A stretch of 53,516 nucleotides of DNA from positions 1 through 53,516 of the forward strand of contig JALDZS010000163.1 of the NCBI GenBank assembly GCA_022813965.1, written 5' to 3'. The notes below the pieces were generated by a model. That model saw nothing but the letters and a program-made list of their open reading frames with translations, did not search any database and was not told the DNA's origin. Every line of letters starts with the position of its first letter. The stretch's first letter is position 1. Of the stretch, positions 9,633-21,537 are shown in pieces. Position numbers and translations under genes: made by a program. The DNA is from Toensbergia leucococca (Eukaryota).

Positions 9633-12600
9633 ATGATGGCGCGCCTTGGTAGATCTGGATTCTTGGGTGTCGCCGTCGTTTTCCACTTGGTGTATATTTA
9701 CTCGATTTTCGACATTTATTTTGTCAGTCCCATCGTTAGTGGAATGACACCCTTTGCCGTCGATCGAAGTCAAGGGCTCGAGAATCCAGCCAAGAGACTT
9801 GTATTATTTGTCGGCGATGGCCTTCGCGCCGACAAGGCATTCCAGTCGTTTCCTGACCCATCACCGACCACCCCCAATTCGCCCGAAGCCCTTGATCCTC
9901 GACCACTAGCTCCATTTCTCCGCTCATGTATTCTAGAAAGAGGTACCTTTGGAGTCTCTCATACGAGAGTGCCTACAGAATCCAGACCGGGCCACGTTGC
10001 CCTGATAGCTGGCCTATATGAGGACGTGTCTTCCGTTACCACTGGCTGGAAGCTCAACCCTGTCAATTTCGACAGTGTCTTCAATCGAAGCAGGCATACA
10101 TGGAGCTGGGGAAGCCCTGATATATTGCCAATGTTCAAGGAGGGCGCTATCAAAGGCAGGGTGGACGCCGACGTCTATGGCGAAGAAGCAGAGGACTATA
10201 CACAGGGTACTGACTTCGGAGAGCCCTGTAAAATAGAGAAAAGGGCTGATAGGCGGCAGATGCGACACAACTGGACACGTGGGTCTTCAACAAAGTCACA
10301 GAAATGTTCACTGCTGCTGCGAAGAACTCTACCCTTGATACTGCTCTTCGTCAGGACAAGAATATCTTCTTCCTTCACCTTCTAGGTTTGGATACTACAG
10401 GACACTCTTACAGGCCATATTCCAAGGAATACTTGCACAACATCAAAATCGTGGATCAGGGAGTCCAAAATATCACTCGACTGATTGAAGACTTTTACGG
10501 CGACGATAGAACAGCCTTTGTCTTTACAGCGGACCATGGCATGAGTGATTGGGGAAGTCACGGAGATGGTGACCCAGATAATACTCGTACACCATTGATT
10601 GCATGGGGCTCAGGGATTGCGAAGCCACAGATCAGTCTGCAAGGTACGGCGTCTGGTCATGAGGATGGCTTCTCGGCAGATTGGGGATTGGGCCACGTTC
10701 GGAGGCATGATGTTGCGCAGGCAGACATAGCAACATTGATGGCATATCTGGCCGGCCTCGAGTTTCCCGTCAATTCGGTCGGCGAGCTTCCTTTGCCATA
10801 CGTTGCAGGAGACGCGAAAGAGAAAGCCGAAGCTGCATTAGTTAATTCTAGGGCTATACTAGAGATGTACCGTGTCAAGGAAAACCAGAAGAGGTCGACT
10901 AAGTTGCGATACAAACCGTATGGTCCATTAGGCGATGAGAAACGCTTAGTAGAGGATCGTGTGTCCGAAATTGAGACTGCTATTTATCAAGAGCACTTTG
11001 ATGATGCTATACGCATGAGCCAAGAATTATTGCATCACGGACTTGAAGGACTACGGTATCTCCAGACTTATGACTGGCTTTTCTTACGGGCTCTTGTTAC
11101 ACTTGGATATCTTGGGTGGATTGCCTTTGCCATTACGAGTGTCATTGATTTGCATGTACTACATGGAAAGTCTCAGACCTCAAGGACAACCTTAACATTA
11201 GTAATTTTCGGTGCCATTCTGGCAGGACTGTTCTCTGTTCTTTGGATCCAAAGGGCACCGTTGACCTATTACTTGTACGCTGTATTTCCGCCGGTCTTCT
11301 GGGAAGAAGTCGTTGCTGGGCGGCGCGCCCTTTCAGCAGGCAAAGACGTGCTCTTGGGTCATGTTCAGTCCAAAAAAGACCGTCTTACTTTTGGAGCTCA
11401 AGTATTAGCATTTATAGGCCTCTTGGAAGCTCTTGTGAGCTCCCCTGAGGCTAGCCTGGAGCTTTTACTGTCTATATACTAAATCCGTGCTCTAGGTACT
11501 ATCATATTCTTACCGTGAGGTCTATACCGCTTGTTTCTTACTGGCTGCATTTTGGCCTGCACTTTACGGTCGTGCCTTTTATTTGCAGAATAAGATCCTA
11601 ATCGTGACTTGGGCCGTTACATGTATATCAATGAGTGCCTTTACGCTCCTGCCTGCTATCAAAGCGGAAAGTAGTAATACAGTGTAAGTTGCCCCACGAC
11701 GCTCTTTGATTTGGTCGCCTCCTCTGGGTGCCCCAGAATGATAAGATCATGGGGCTACCACCGCAGGTTCCTGCTCATATATGTATTTTATTATCCTGAT
11801 CACGCTGACCCTGCCTTAATAGTCTGCTTGGCGGCTTCCTAATGCTTTCCGTCGGACTGCTGTACCTTCTGTTCGAGAAAAGCATTCTGTCCTCCTCGAC
11901 TACCGGCGGTCTGGCGTCGCCAACTGTTGACGGGCTGTCAAAAACTATTCTTGGGGCCCAGATCGGGCTGATCATGCTGGCCATGATCGTCACACGATCC
12001 AGTATAGCCTCACTGCAGGCAAAGCGTGGTCTGCCAGTAGGGAACCAAGTACTGGGGTGGATTGTCTTCAGTAAGCAACCCAGGCCCCTCTCTCATGTTG
12101 ATCCATCACACTTACGCTCCGACAGTTTCCTCGCTCTCCATGCCCTTCCTCCACAGCCTCCAACCACACAGCCACTACCTCCACCGCCTGGTAATCATTT
12201 TTCTCACCTTCTCCCCTGTCTTCATCATCCTCACCATCTCCTACGAAGGCCTCTTCTACTTCGCCTTCAGCGCCACCCTCATAACCTGGGTCCGTCTCGA
12301 ACACCACATTTACACCTTCACCACGCACCACGCACCGCCTCCCCCCTCCCCTCCCCCAACCCCTAAACTCCTCCACACCCTCCCCAACTCCCTCACAAAC
12401 CAACTCAACTCCCTCACCCCAATTCAGCTTCCCCACCGCGCCCTCACCCTCACCGACGCCCGCATCTCCCTCTACACCCTCTTCCTCATCCAATCCGCCT
12501 TCTTCTCCGCCAGCAACATCGCCTCCGTCTCCTCCTTCTCCCTCGAAAGTGTCTACCGCCTCCTCCCCATCTTCTCCCCCTTCGCCCAAGGCAGTCTCCT

Positions 12601-12928
12601 AATCCTCAAACTCCTCATCCCCTTCGCCCTCCTCAGCGCGGCCCTGGGCATCCTGAATCGCCGCCTCCACGTCGCGCCCTCGGCGCTGTTCATGGTGGTC
12701 ATGGCCATCAGCGATGTCTTGACCGTGAGCTTTTTTTGGATGGTGAGGGATGAGGGGAGTTGGTTGGATATTGGGAGTAGTATCAGTCAATTTGTGATTG
12801 CGAGTTTGTTGTGTGTGTTTGTGGCTGGGTTGGAGTTTTTGAGCGAGGTTTTTGTTAGTGGGGTTAGTGTTGGGGATGGGGGTGATGAGGTGGCGGAGGG
12901 GAAAAAACTGAATGGGAAGGTTGAGTGA
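9633..12928 (+). CDS. MCD4: GPI ethanolamine phosphate transferase 1 (PIG-N), 5 exons
   Basis: Motifs [58 protein letters not shown] and a C-terminal multi-TM region with [11 protein letters not shown]. Introns 10207-10259, 11435-11495, 11684-11822 and 12071-12125 restore one frame. Confidence 0.97.
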
Positions 12929-13411
12929 AGGCGGTGTAGGGATGTATAGTTTGGTGGATTGAGGAACTCTAGCACGTGTATATTGTCTTTGTTGTTTGAT
13001 AGATTTACAGATATGTGTACTCGTACATAATGAAAAGTCTTTGTGATCGGTTGCTTTGCCCAGGCCAATGTCTTTACTCTCGAATGGTCTTACACTCAAA
13101 CCTCATTTCACGCAAAACTGTCACCAGTTGGTTGAAGCGAAAGAACGGTGGAGAATGTTTGCTATGGTTCTCTCATCGCACCATCATCGTATTTCATAAG
13201 TACACTCGCTTCCAAAAAAAACCAACACCAATTCAAAGCCGCTTGAAAAATCCCTTCTCCCATGCGATCGATGCGTCCCCCCCTCACTCGAATGAGCAAA
13301 TACCTCCAAATATCACCTCCAAAGCTAGGGGTATCTCGAATTCCCAAGCCCATACTGCCATATTACTGAACGCCCGACACAGGAAATAGGCCTCCAATGC
13401 AGTGAAGATTG

Positions 13412-15342
13412 TCATGTATTTACTTTGAGGGATTCCACAGCCTTCGCGACTTCGTGGTTGGCAAAAGTCTCCCACGTCTCCCTTGCGTCGCCGTTGAGGT
13501 TTCCGGTGTCGCCTACTTTGTCATATAGCATACGGGAGATGTTACGATTGATATCGGTATATTGGTCCTTCGAGACGGCGTTGCTTTTGTAATGTGGTTT
13601 TAAAGCCGCAGCGACTAGTTTCTGGACGTCTTCCTTGGCGGATAGCGACATATTGATTCGGCTTGGCGAGGTGTCGTCTGATCGTGGTGGACTCGAACCT
13701 GGCGATCTCTTGTCCCATGGTCGCATTCTACGTCTTTCAGATATGGAAGGGCGGCGGTCGCTAGATTGGCGGAGTGACAGTGATGACTCAGGAAGTGGTG
13801 ATCTTGTGGGCGAGAATTCAGGCGGAGGGAATATCGGTTCGACCTTTGAGGTCAACCCGACTGGAGAACCTGGGCGGGTCGATGGGAAAGGAGGGGGTGT
13901 TATAGACAGCGCTCGAGGGCTATTGTGGTTGGAACTCGTGGGTGATGCTCCGGGCGAGGAGACTTGGGAAGCAGAGCGGCCTCTTGGGACTAAAGCTGAT
14001 GGCTGCAAAGGACGTACCTGACCTTTGGTCTCGTCTGGTGCCGCAGACGACTCAACTTCTTTAAGTAAGGACTGGAGGAAGCTCGGACCGTTAGTGTTTA
14101 ATGTAATATCGGGTGAAAGGCGATGTCGAGATGATGATGCTGATGAAGGCCCAGGTCTAGAACTTCGTCTTGAAGCAGTTGGTCGAGCCATAGCATCGGA
14201 AGACGACTCGGCTATATCCAAAGTACGCCTAGTCCTTGGTCTTTTCAGTCGTCGTTCCGGTTTGGGCTCGGCATCAGAGGGCGACGCGGTAGTGGATTTT
14301 CGCTTCCTCCTGTTGTTCGCAACCGGTTCTGCCTCAATTTCCTTGGCCTTCTCCAACGCATTCCATGCGCGGATCTCTTCGCGAGACTCAGGCTCCGGCA
14401 GCTCGGGCTTTTCTCGAGGCGCACGAAGGTCTAACAGAGCCGAAGCTGTATCTCGAAACCTGTTTGCCCCTCCCTGCCTTTCTGCGATCTGAAACCTTCG
14501 CTCCCATTGCCGGAAATCACGACGCTGAGACAAGGACCTTTGGTCTCTATTGGATCCTTCATCAAATGGAAAGTCGAGATCAAAGTTCAACTGGTCCCAA
14601 ACCACCTGCCAGACACGAGCCCAACTTGAGGCTGAGGCCTGATTGCGATTCCTCAGTCGCCGTTGTTGGCCACGAGTACGCCTGTCTGCAGTGTTATGTG
14701 AATGTTGCGCGGGACGTACTGGGCATACGCTTTCATGGGCTCGTTGGGTAACACACGCATCACAAAACCAATGTCCAGGAGGGACATCATCCAGGTCGAC
14801 ACAGTAGGTATGATACCATGCATCGCATCCGTCGCACCCAAGGAGAAGCTCTTCGTTATCATCGTCACCACATACAGGACATGGCTGAGAGTCCAAATCA
14901 TCATCAAGGTCTTCCACAAGCATAGACGGGTCAATGTCTGCAACTTGTGTTCGGTCGGCAACGGCATAGGTAGAAATGACGGGGTCTATGGGTTGATATC
15001 TGTTAGCCAACGTCTCTGCTTGGCTTCCGTGCCGTCTTCTCACTCACCTCCAACTTTAAGGCTGAGATCTACCTGGTTGAAGCTTTGGCGGCAGATAGGA
15101 CAGCTATTCGCCCGTTCTACCCAAGGCTTCAGACATTCATTATGGAGGTTGTGACCACATGGTAAGAGGTGTGCAATCATCAAAGATGCGTCACCGTCAA
15201 TTTGGGGTGAAGATGCCAAAGCATTGTCGTCAGAAGTCCCGTGATGATTGTTTCCTGCCTGGACGTCTTGGGCTTTCGGAAGATGCAGGTCGTTGGCGCT
15301 TTCGCCGAGGTCTCCCAAACAGACTATACAAGTCTCCGACAT
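13412..15342 (-). CDS. RING and PHD finger protein (Asr1/PHRF1-like) with a C-terminal SRI-like helical domain
   Basis: Split RING (CIVC...[27 protein letters not shown]), PHD (CPVC...[15 protein letters not shown]...WFCDAC) and C-terminal VAAALKPHY...[10 protein letters not shown]. Intron 15047-14986 joins the two ORFs in frame. Confidence 0.9.
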
Positions 15343-16220
15343 AGCGTAAGTCGTTAGAATGTATTTGCAAATGTATAAGAACTTGTAGAGTCATGGAGTT
15401 GAGAAGATTGAGAATTATCGAGGTGTGGAAGAGGAAGACGATGCTTTATGAGTGAATGACTTCTGGGGTTCTTTACCGCTAGCCAAAGCGATAATGGAAA
15501 TACGCTAGTATGAGATTGCAGATTGTACCATAACCATGCTGACCGCGCCAACTTACCGCGTGCGTAAGGTATCAATCGTTTTTTTGGAAGATCGATACCC
15601 AGCTAATACATAGGTAAGAAATGGACTTGAAATTAGTTCAAAACCCAAGTGTTGAACAAATGGTAAAGTGCAACAGATGGTAAAGTGCCAAAAACACGGG
15701 AAAAGGCATTCAATAGTATTTTGAAATACGTAGTGTTGAACTCAAGCAGGCTTGAGGTAGAACTAAGTATGATAGCCGGAGTGGAGTAAATCAGAGCACG
15801 GAGATACTTAATCATTGTTCTCGACGTTGTATCGCACTCTAACGATTTGAGCTTGTAGAGTAAAGTAGCACATAGCATCCCAAATTTCTATGCGTTTGGT
15901 AGTCTTGCAATAGAATGGTTTGCGCAATAGTACTGCACCTTGGTCAGGTCTCAAAGGAGTATGCCATCAATTTTATTGCGACCGTCCAGGACAATGTCCT
16001 ATCCAGTATTTTACTTATCACACCGGCGGAGTCCTGCCTATAGATACAAAGGCTTCATATTACAGCCTCGCTCTTCATGGAAGGTAGCCCCATAGCAAGG
16101 ATGATTTGATTTATTGGAGCAACACTCGCTATCGACTATCGTATCGAGACTCGTCCCCGAAGGACGTGTATCGATGGGACCATGAGAAGTCCGAGCTGAC
16201 TCTATCCAAGAAAGCTAAAA

Positions 16221-16702
16221 CTAAACCTCCGCAATTTCCCTTAGACGTCGAATGGTAGATCTTGTTGCTGCCGCAGCGGGTGTTCTGTTTAGGTCAAGTA
16301 TCAGAGATGAGCCTTTCCATCCAAGGACGCCTTATTCATGTCTCTGTACTTACGAAACAGTCCAAGCGCCACCAGCAACAGTCTTCTTGCAGGCCCGGCA
16401 ATTCCAGATACCAACTGAATGTCGCTTCACAGTGACCTTGCCGCAGAATGTACAGGAGTATCGAGCGTGTTGAGTAATCTCCATTTTCTTAACTTGTTTT
16501 CGTAATGAGGCACCATAACTAGTAGAGAAAGTGTCAGTTCCGATGCCTTGAGTACTGTATAACTGCTGCCATTATGGGAAGGTCGCTATGATACCGAGTA
16601 CCGTATTTGCCCGTTACGCCAACCTCTGCAGGCGTAATTAGCATGTGTTGAGCAGATCATCATCGCAAATTCAGTATGCTCACTCTTGGTACGTTTCGTC
16701 AT
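16221..16702 (-). CDS. RPL43: 60S ribosomal protein eL43 (L37a), 4 exons; not in the ORF track
   Basis: Exons 16702-16684, 16625-16595, 16518-16354 and 16284-16221 translate to [92 protein letters not shown]. All introns are GT-AG. Confidence 0.98.
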
Positions 16703-17007
16703 CTTGGTTGTATTGGATCTGTTTCCAATGAAGTTGTTGGTGGTGGATATCGATTTGGTCGACGAAGGGTGTTGTGGGAAAAGTCTCGCTAAATTTCAAA
16801 ATCTTGGCGTTCTCATATCCGTACGGATACTGACACAATACTCAGCCTCGAGTCAGCTACTTCGTACTTCATTGTTTTTCGTAAAATAGCAGTGCTCTAC
16901 GGTGTTTGTAGAATTGACCTGCCTCGAGATTGTCCTAGTACTATCTCGCTACTACGACTCCTCAAATCCAGTCCTGTCTTGCGCATCTCGCAGAAACTTG
17001 TCCAGAT

Positions 17008-18457
17008 ATGGGTTCATCAGAGGAAGAATATGAGTTGATCCTCTTCGGAGCCACAGGTTATACTGGCAAATTGTGTGCTGAACATATTACTACTCATCTT
17101 CCGACGGACCTCCGATGGGCTCTGGCCGGTCGATCGGCTTCAAAGCTATCAGCTCTTGCCGAGGAACTCAAAGCCGTCAATCCAAATCGCTCACAGCCTG
17201 GTCTGTCAGTGTCTACTTCTGCAGGAGCACTATTAATACAAAGAAAGGCATCGAGATTAGTACTTTGACTACGGAAAATCTCAACACTCTGACAAGGAAA
17301 GCCCGTCTACTCATTAATACTGTTGGACCCTATCATCTTTACAGCAGCCCAGTGCTTGAAGCCTGCGCCAAAAATGGGACGCATTATCTTGACGTGTATG
17401 TGTCGCGTCTTTCCGATCTTCAAGTACCTCAATTAAAGGCAACAGGACTGGGGAGACACCCTGGGTTTTCGAAATGATCAAAAAGTACCATGACATAGCA
17501 AAAGCGAACAATGCAATTGTACGTCCGGATTTAAATCTCCAAAATCCTCTATTAGCTTACCAATTCCGCAAGATAATTCCAGAGATCGGCATTGAGAGTG
17601 CCCCTTCGGATCTGTTGGCGTTCTCCATAGTTTCACTCATTCGCGAGAAGTTTTCCGTGGGAACGAGAGAAGTCAGTTGTTGTCTCCATGAGATGAAGTT
17701 AGACTTTACCGTCGGTAAGGTATTCTGTTGATACTAAAACACCCACAGAGCAGCACCTTCAGGTGGGACGATAGCGACGGTCCTTAGTATACTGGACCAC
17801 TACAGCTTAGGAGATCTCCGCCAGTCCGGGAGATCCTGGGCCTTTTCTCCCATTCCCGGACCTAAAGAGCAACAGTCTGTGTCACTACTAAACACCCTTT
17901 TCGGTGTTCGCTCCATTCCAGACCTGGGAACACTGACAACGTCTATTGCTGCTACCACAAATCGAGCGATCGTTCAACGAAGTTGGGGTTTGTTGGACGG
18001 CGGTAATTTCTACGGTCAAAGGTTTCAATACAATGAATACCTACGAGTCCGAAACTCATTTGTTGGTACGGCACTTCATTATGCTTTTGCCTTTGGTGCC
18101 CTCGCTTTAGCGATACCTCCATTTCGGTGGCTCGTGAAAAGATTTGTCTATGCTCCTGGTGAAGGTCGTTCCAAGGACTTGACGAAGAACGAGGTAATGG
18201 AATTTCAAGCCATCGGAATTGCCGATCAGGGCGTTCCTAGCCCTGCCCGTGCGTTTGCCAAGTTCAAATGGGAAGGGGGTATGTATCACCTCACGGGTGT
18301 ACTCCTTGCAGAGGCCGCAATATTGATTCTACGGGATGAAACACTTGCTAAAAGGCTAGGTGGTGGACTACTCACGCCTGCGATGCTAGGACAGTCCTTT
18401 ATCGATCGCCTAAAGGACGCTGGAATCATATTTGAAGCGAAATTGATACCCAGCTAA
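17008..18457 (+). CDS. Saccharopine dehydrogenase-like oxidoreductase (SCCPDH family), multi-exon
   Basis: Rossmann motif LILFGATGYTG, WALAGRS, INTVGPY, ACAKNGTHYLDV, PSGGT and C-terminal GGLLTPAML. About four short introns lie between 17200 and 17750. Confidence 0.9.
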
Positions 18458-19208
18458 CAGTCCTAGAATCGTCGACGAGTCACGAGACTTGCAGGGGCTT
18501 CAGATACTTCAGTGTTCCTTTCCAATCCACCTGGTGGGTGTTCATAAGAGGAATACAGCAGACTGCTGCTTTTCCTGAGTCTTGCCTACTCTCTGCCCGA
18601 GCAACGGCATTTGTATCCCTTACATTTCTCCCCATAAAGGTCACTTAAGCTCCATATGTTATGTTGACGATAGTCTATACGTTGTCTTTGGAGACATACT
18701 TTCAAGTTATGTTGAACAGTCACTTGCCTATATCACGTTTTGAGGGACTCTCAATTCTCACTCCGAAACTGTTTGAGCTCTCTTGATGGTGCTACTTGAA
18801 AAATAGCGCTTCAATCGCTTTCTTGCGTGTAACAAGATGTTGAAAATGCTAGACCACGGAGAAGCAATTCATATCCTGAAATAGCATAAAAGATTCCATT
18901 TATCTCAATCGACCATTATAAATGTCCCAATCATCATTCCAAGTCATTCAAAGCACCTCGTGACTTTACGAACACGACAGCCAGCAAACAATCCGTAGGG
19001 TTTGCTTACAATATTCTTTTACAACCGAAGCAGCGTGTGATACTAGCAAGAACCTTGTCAACAAATGAGTTAACGAAGGGTAAGCTTGTTGGTCAATAGT
19101 ACTTTCAAGAATAACAGTGACAGCGCATCGACGGAACTTTGAATAGAGGGACACTAATTTTCTCCTAAATCTGGCTCCTCCTCTTGAAACCCAAGCATTA
19201 ATTCAACG

Positions 19209-19961
19209 ATGGGAAACATACTTAGCAACCCCAACAACACCAATGGCCACGACGAGAGATCGCGTCACATCCAAGGTATCCTAGAGAACGTCTCACTCCA
19301 AAAGATCCTCGAAGGAGTGGGCGACTTCCTCGCCGCGCAATCCATTAGCGAGAGAGACCGCAGGCAGCGCCACAACGACCGGCACAATGAGCGACGTCAA
19401 GAAGGAGCCACTAGGCCCGAAACAAGAGGAGAAAGAGAAGCCAGAACAGGAGCAGGTAGAAACCAAGGATACCCTCAGGACCAGCATCCGAGCCAACCCC
19501 GACGCGAAGGTAGCAGGCCCAGACACCAGCGAAATAAGTATCGTTCAAACTCTTCCAACATTCCCTACTCCACGCCGCCACCCAGAGGGCCTTTCCACCA
19601 GGCTTCTCCTCGCAACCGCAACCAACCAGACCCAATATTTTACCAAGAGCAACCCTATCCGCCTCACCCTGGCACCATTCCTAGACGCCACTCCCGCTAC
19701 ACCAACGTTCCCAACTCTTCCCACAATTCATCTAACCCCGAAGTACCCTACCCTAAAAACAAACACTCGTCGCGGCGTAGACAGGCCTCAATTCCTCGTC
19801 AATATTATTCACCTAATGAGGAACCGGGTGATAGGGGAGGTAGACAGCGAGGCTATGGTGGGCTAGGAGGGGACTACGGTGAGTTCAATGAGGATGAGAT
19901 TCCTGGGGAGAGGTTTGGAGGGACAAGCGAAAGGTACGGGCCACGTGAGGGCGATAGGTGA
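19209..19961 (+). CDS. Hypothetical low-complexity, largely disordered protein (R/P/Q/G-rich)
   Basis: 250-codon ATG ORF starting MGNILS (a possible N-myristoylation start). No domain recognised, and compositional skew favours spurious open frames here. Confidence 0.5.
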   Translation: MGNILSNPNNTNGHDERSRHIQGILENVSLQKILEGVGDFLAAQSISERDRRQRHNDRHNERRQEGATRPETRGEREARTGAGRNQGYPQDQHPSQPRREGSRPRHQRNKYRSNSSNIPYSTPPPRGPFHQASPRNRNQPDPIFYQEQPYPPHPGTIPRRHSRYTNVPNSSHNSSNPEVPYPKNKHSSRRRQASIPRQYYSPNEEPGDRGGRQRGYGGLGGDYGEFNEDEIPGERFGGTSERYGPREGDR

Positions 19962-20633
19962 ATGGGAGGGGAGCGAGTGTTAAGTGATTTCGCATGAGTA
20001 TAGTAGAAAACGTTAGCGGAGAGGGGAGAGCCAATTGAGTAGGAAATGATGTAGAGAGTGGTGGCTGGCTTAAGGCTATACTTTTTTCCTGCTAATTTTT
20101 TACCTCTCGCGGAATTGAGTACATAAATAATCTAATCATCGATATCTACCTATGTGATGGTAAGATTTCGGAACACCTATTACTCTAGAGCTCCGAGGTG
20201 AGAGCATTCTCAAAAGAATCTTGGAGCAATGCCTGGAATAATCTCTAAGCATTGATCTATCAAAGGCAACTGCGAAGTAATAATAAATCCGCTCTGGCAT
20301 AGCGATTGACTCCTTGCCCGAACCTTCGCCATCGTAATCTGCTGATATCGTTCAATCTTCCCCCGCAGGAGGTCAGGAGTCAGGAGACATGCGCGAGGAA
20401 AAAGGGGAATCCATTCGACCCTGAGTTACTCCATACGAGGGCACAGGGGTACCTCGGTACCTAGCCACTAAACCATGATGAGCTAGGGTAGATGTCGGCA
20501 GGGCTGAAAGCGTCACTAAACCCGATGGATCTTTTATGAAATCAGCATTTCTCCACATCCACAAAAAGACCTCAAATATTCTACCACGGATAAGGGAAAT
20601 CTTGCACTTGGGTATCGGCTACCAGCTTTGGTC

Positions 20634-21353
20634 ATGTCAGCTTCTCCTTCACCCAGTGATCAGCAGCAAAGTTCTCAGGAACAAATCACATTCAGATTCT
20701 GTCGAGAATGGTAGGTTCTTTCACCATCACAATTTCGTCGGCGCATGAACTGACTGTCGTCACTAGTTCCAACATGCTATATCCAAAGGAAGACCGCACA
20801 ACCAACACCCTCATGTTCGCCTGCCGGACCTGCCAATTCAGCGAAAAGGCCATCTCTTCTTGCGTTTTTCGGAATAATTTGTACAACACTGTGGGAGAAA
20901 CAGCAGGTGTGACGCAGGATGTCGGCTCTGATCCTACGGTTGGTTTGCCCGACTTCTGTACCCTTTGTGGCCAAGAGATATTGTGTTTCCTCTGCGCGGA
21001 GGAGCCTTGCAGCGAGGTTGGGGGATATGAGGAGGTGGAGGATGAAGATAGGATGGAAGATATAAATACAGCGAGCAGCGAAAGGGAGCAACCGGAACAA
21101 GGTGGTGGATGCAAACGTTCTTGAACAGTTGCTAATATGGAACTCTCCATTAGCTGCCGAGGTCGAACAAAAAGTGTCCGAACTGTCATGAATCCGAAGC
21201 GGTTTTCTTTCAATCGCAGCAACGATCTGCAGAAACGGGAATGGTAAGCTTTCTCGTGCCCATCGTCTGTGTCTTTATTGTGGCTATGCTGAAAGGTCTC
21301 TGCCACAGAAACTATTCTACGTTTGCTGTAGTTGCGGTACCATCTTTCAATAG
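20634..21353 (+). CDS. RPB9: RNA polymerase II subunit Rpb9, 4 exons
   Basis: FRFCREC|SNMLYPKED...FACRTC...DVGSDPT|LPRSNKKCPNCHESEAVFFQSQQRSAETGM|KLFYVCCSCGTIFQ*. Introns 20711-20766, 20939-21153 and 21244-21308. Confidence 0.97.
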
Positions 21354-21537
21354 CGAATTTCTAGAACCTTTCATTGTTTTATGCATCGAGCGAGGAGTTT
21401 CGGCACTTTCAAATTCACAATACCATGCCCGGGGAGTGGCAACAGCGCAACCGTAGCGGCATTCACGTATCAAGATGCTAGGGCAGATGATTGCATAGGT
21501 AGTCTAATGAATTACTTTAATATTCGGAATCGCTAAT

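Noticed and set aside
12068..12589. G/E-rich antisense ORF within MCD4, and similar ORFs at 24100-24983 and 27968-28660
   Set aside because: By-products of the C/G skew, which removes stop codons from other frames. They overlap bona fide genes.
15000..15006. CTAACAG as the acceptor of the RING/PHD intron
   Set aside because: It gives an immediate TAG. The downstream CATAG acceptor (14986) restores the frame.
16252..16473. Plus-strand 73-aa ORF
   Set aside because: Antisense shadow of RPL43 exons 3-4.
20692..21306. 204-aa minus-strand ORF over RPB9
   Set aside because: Antisense to a conserved gene, with no recognisable features.
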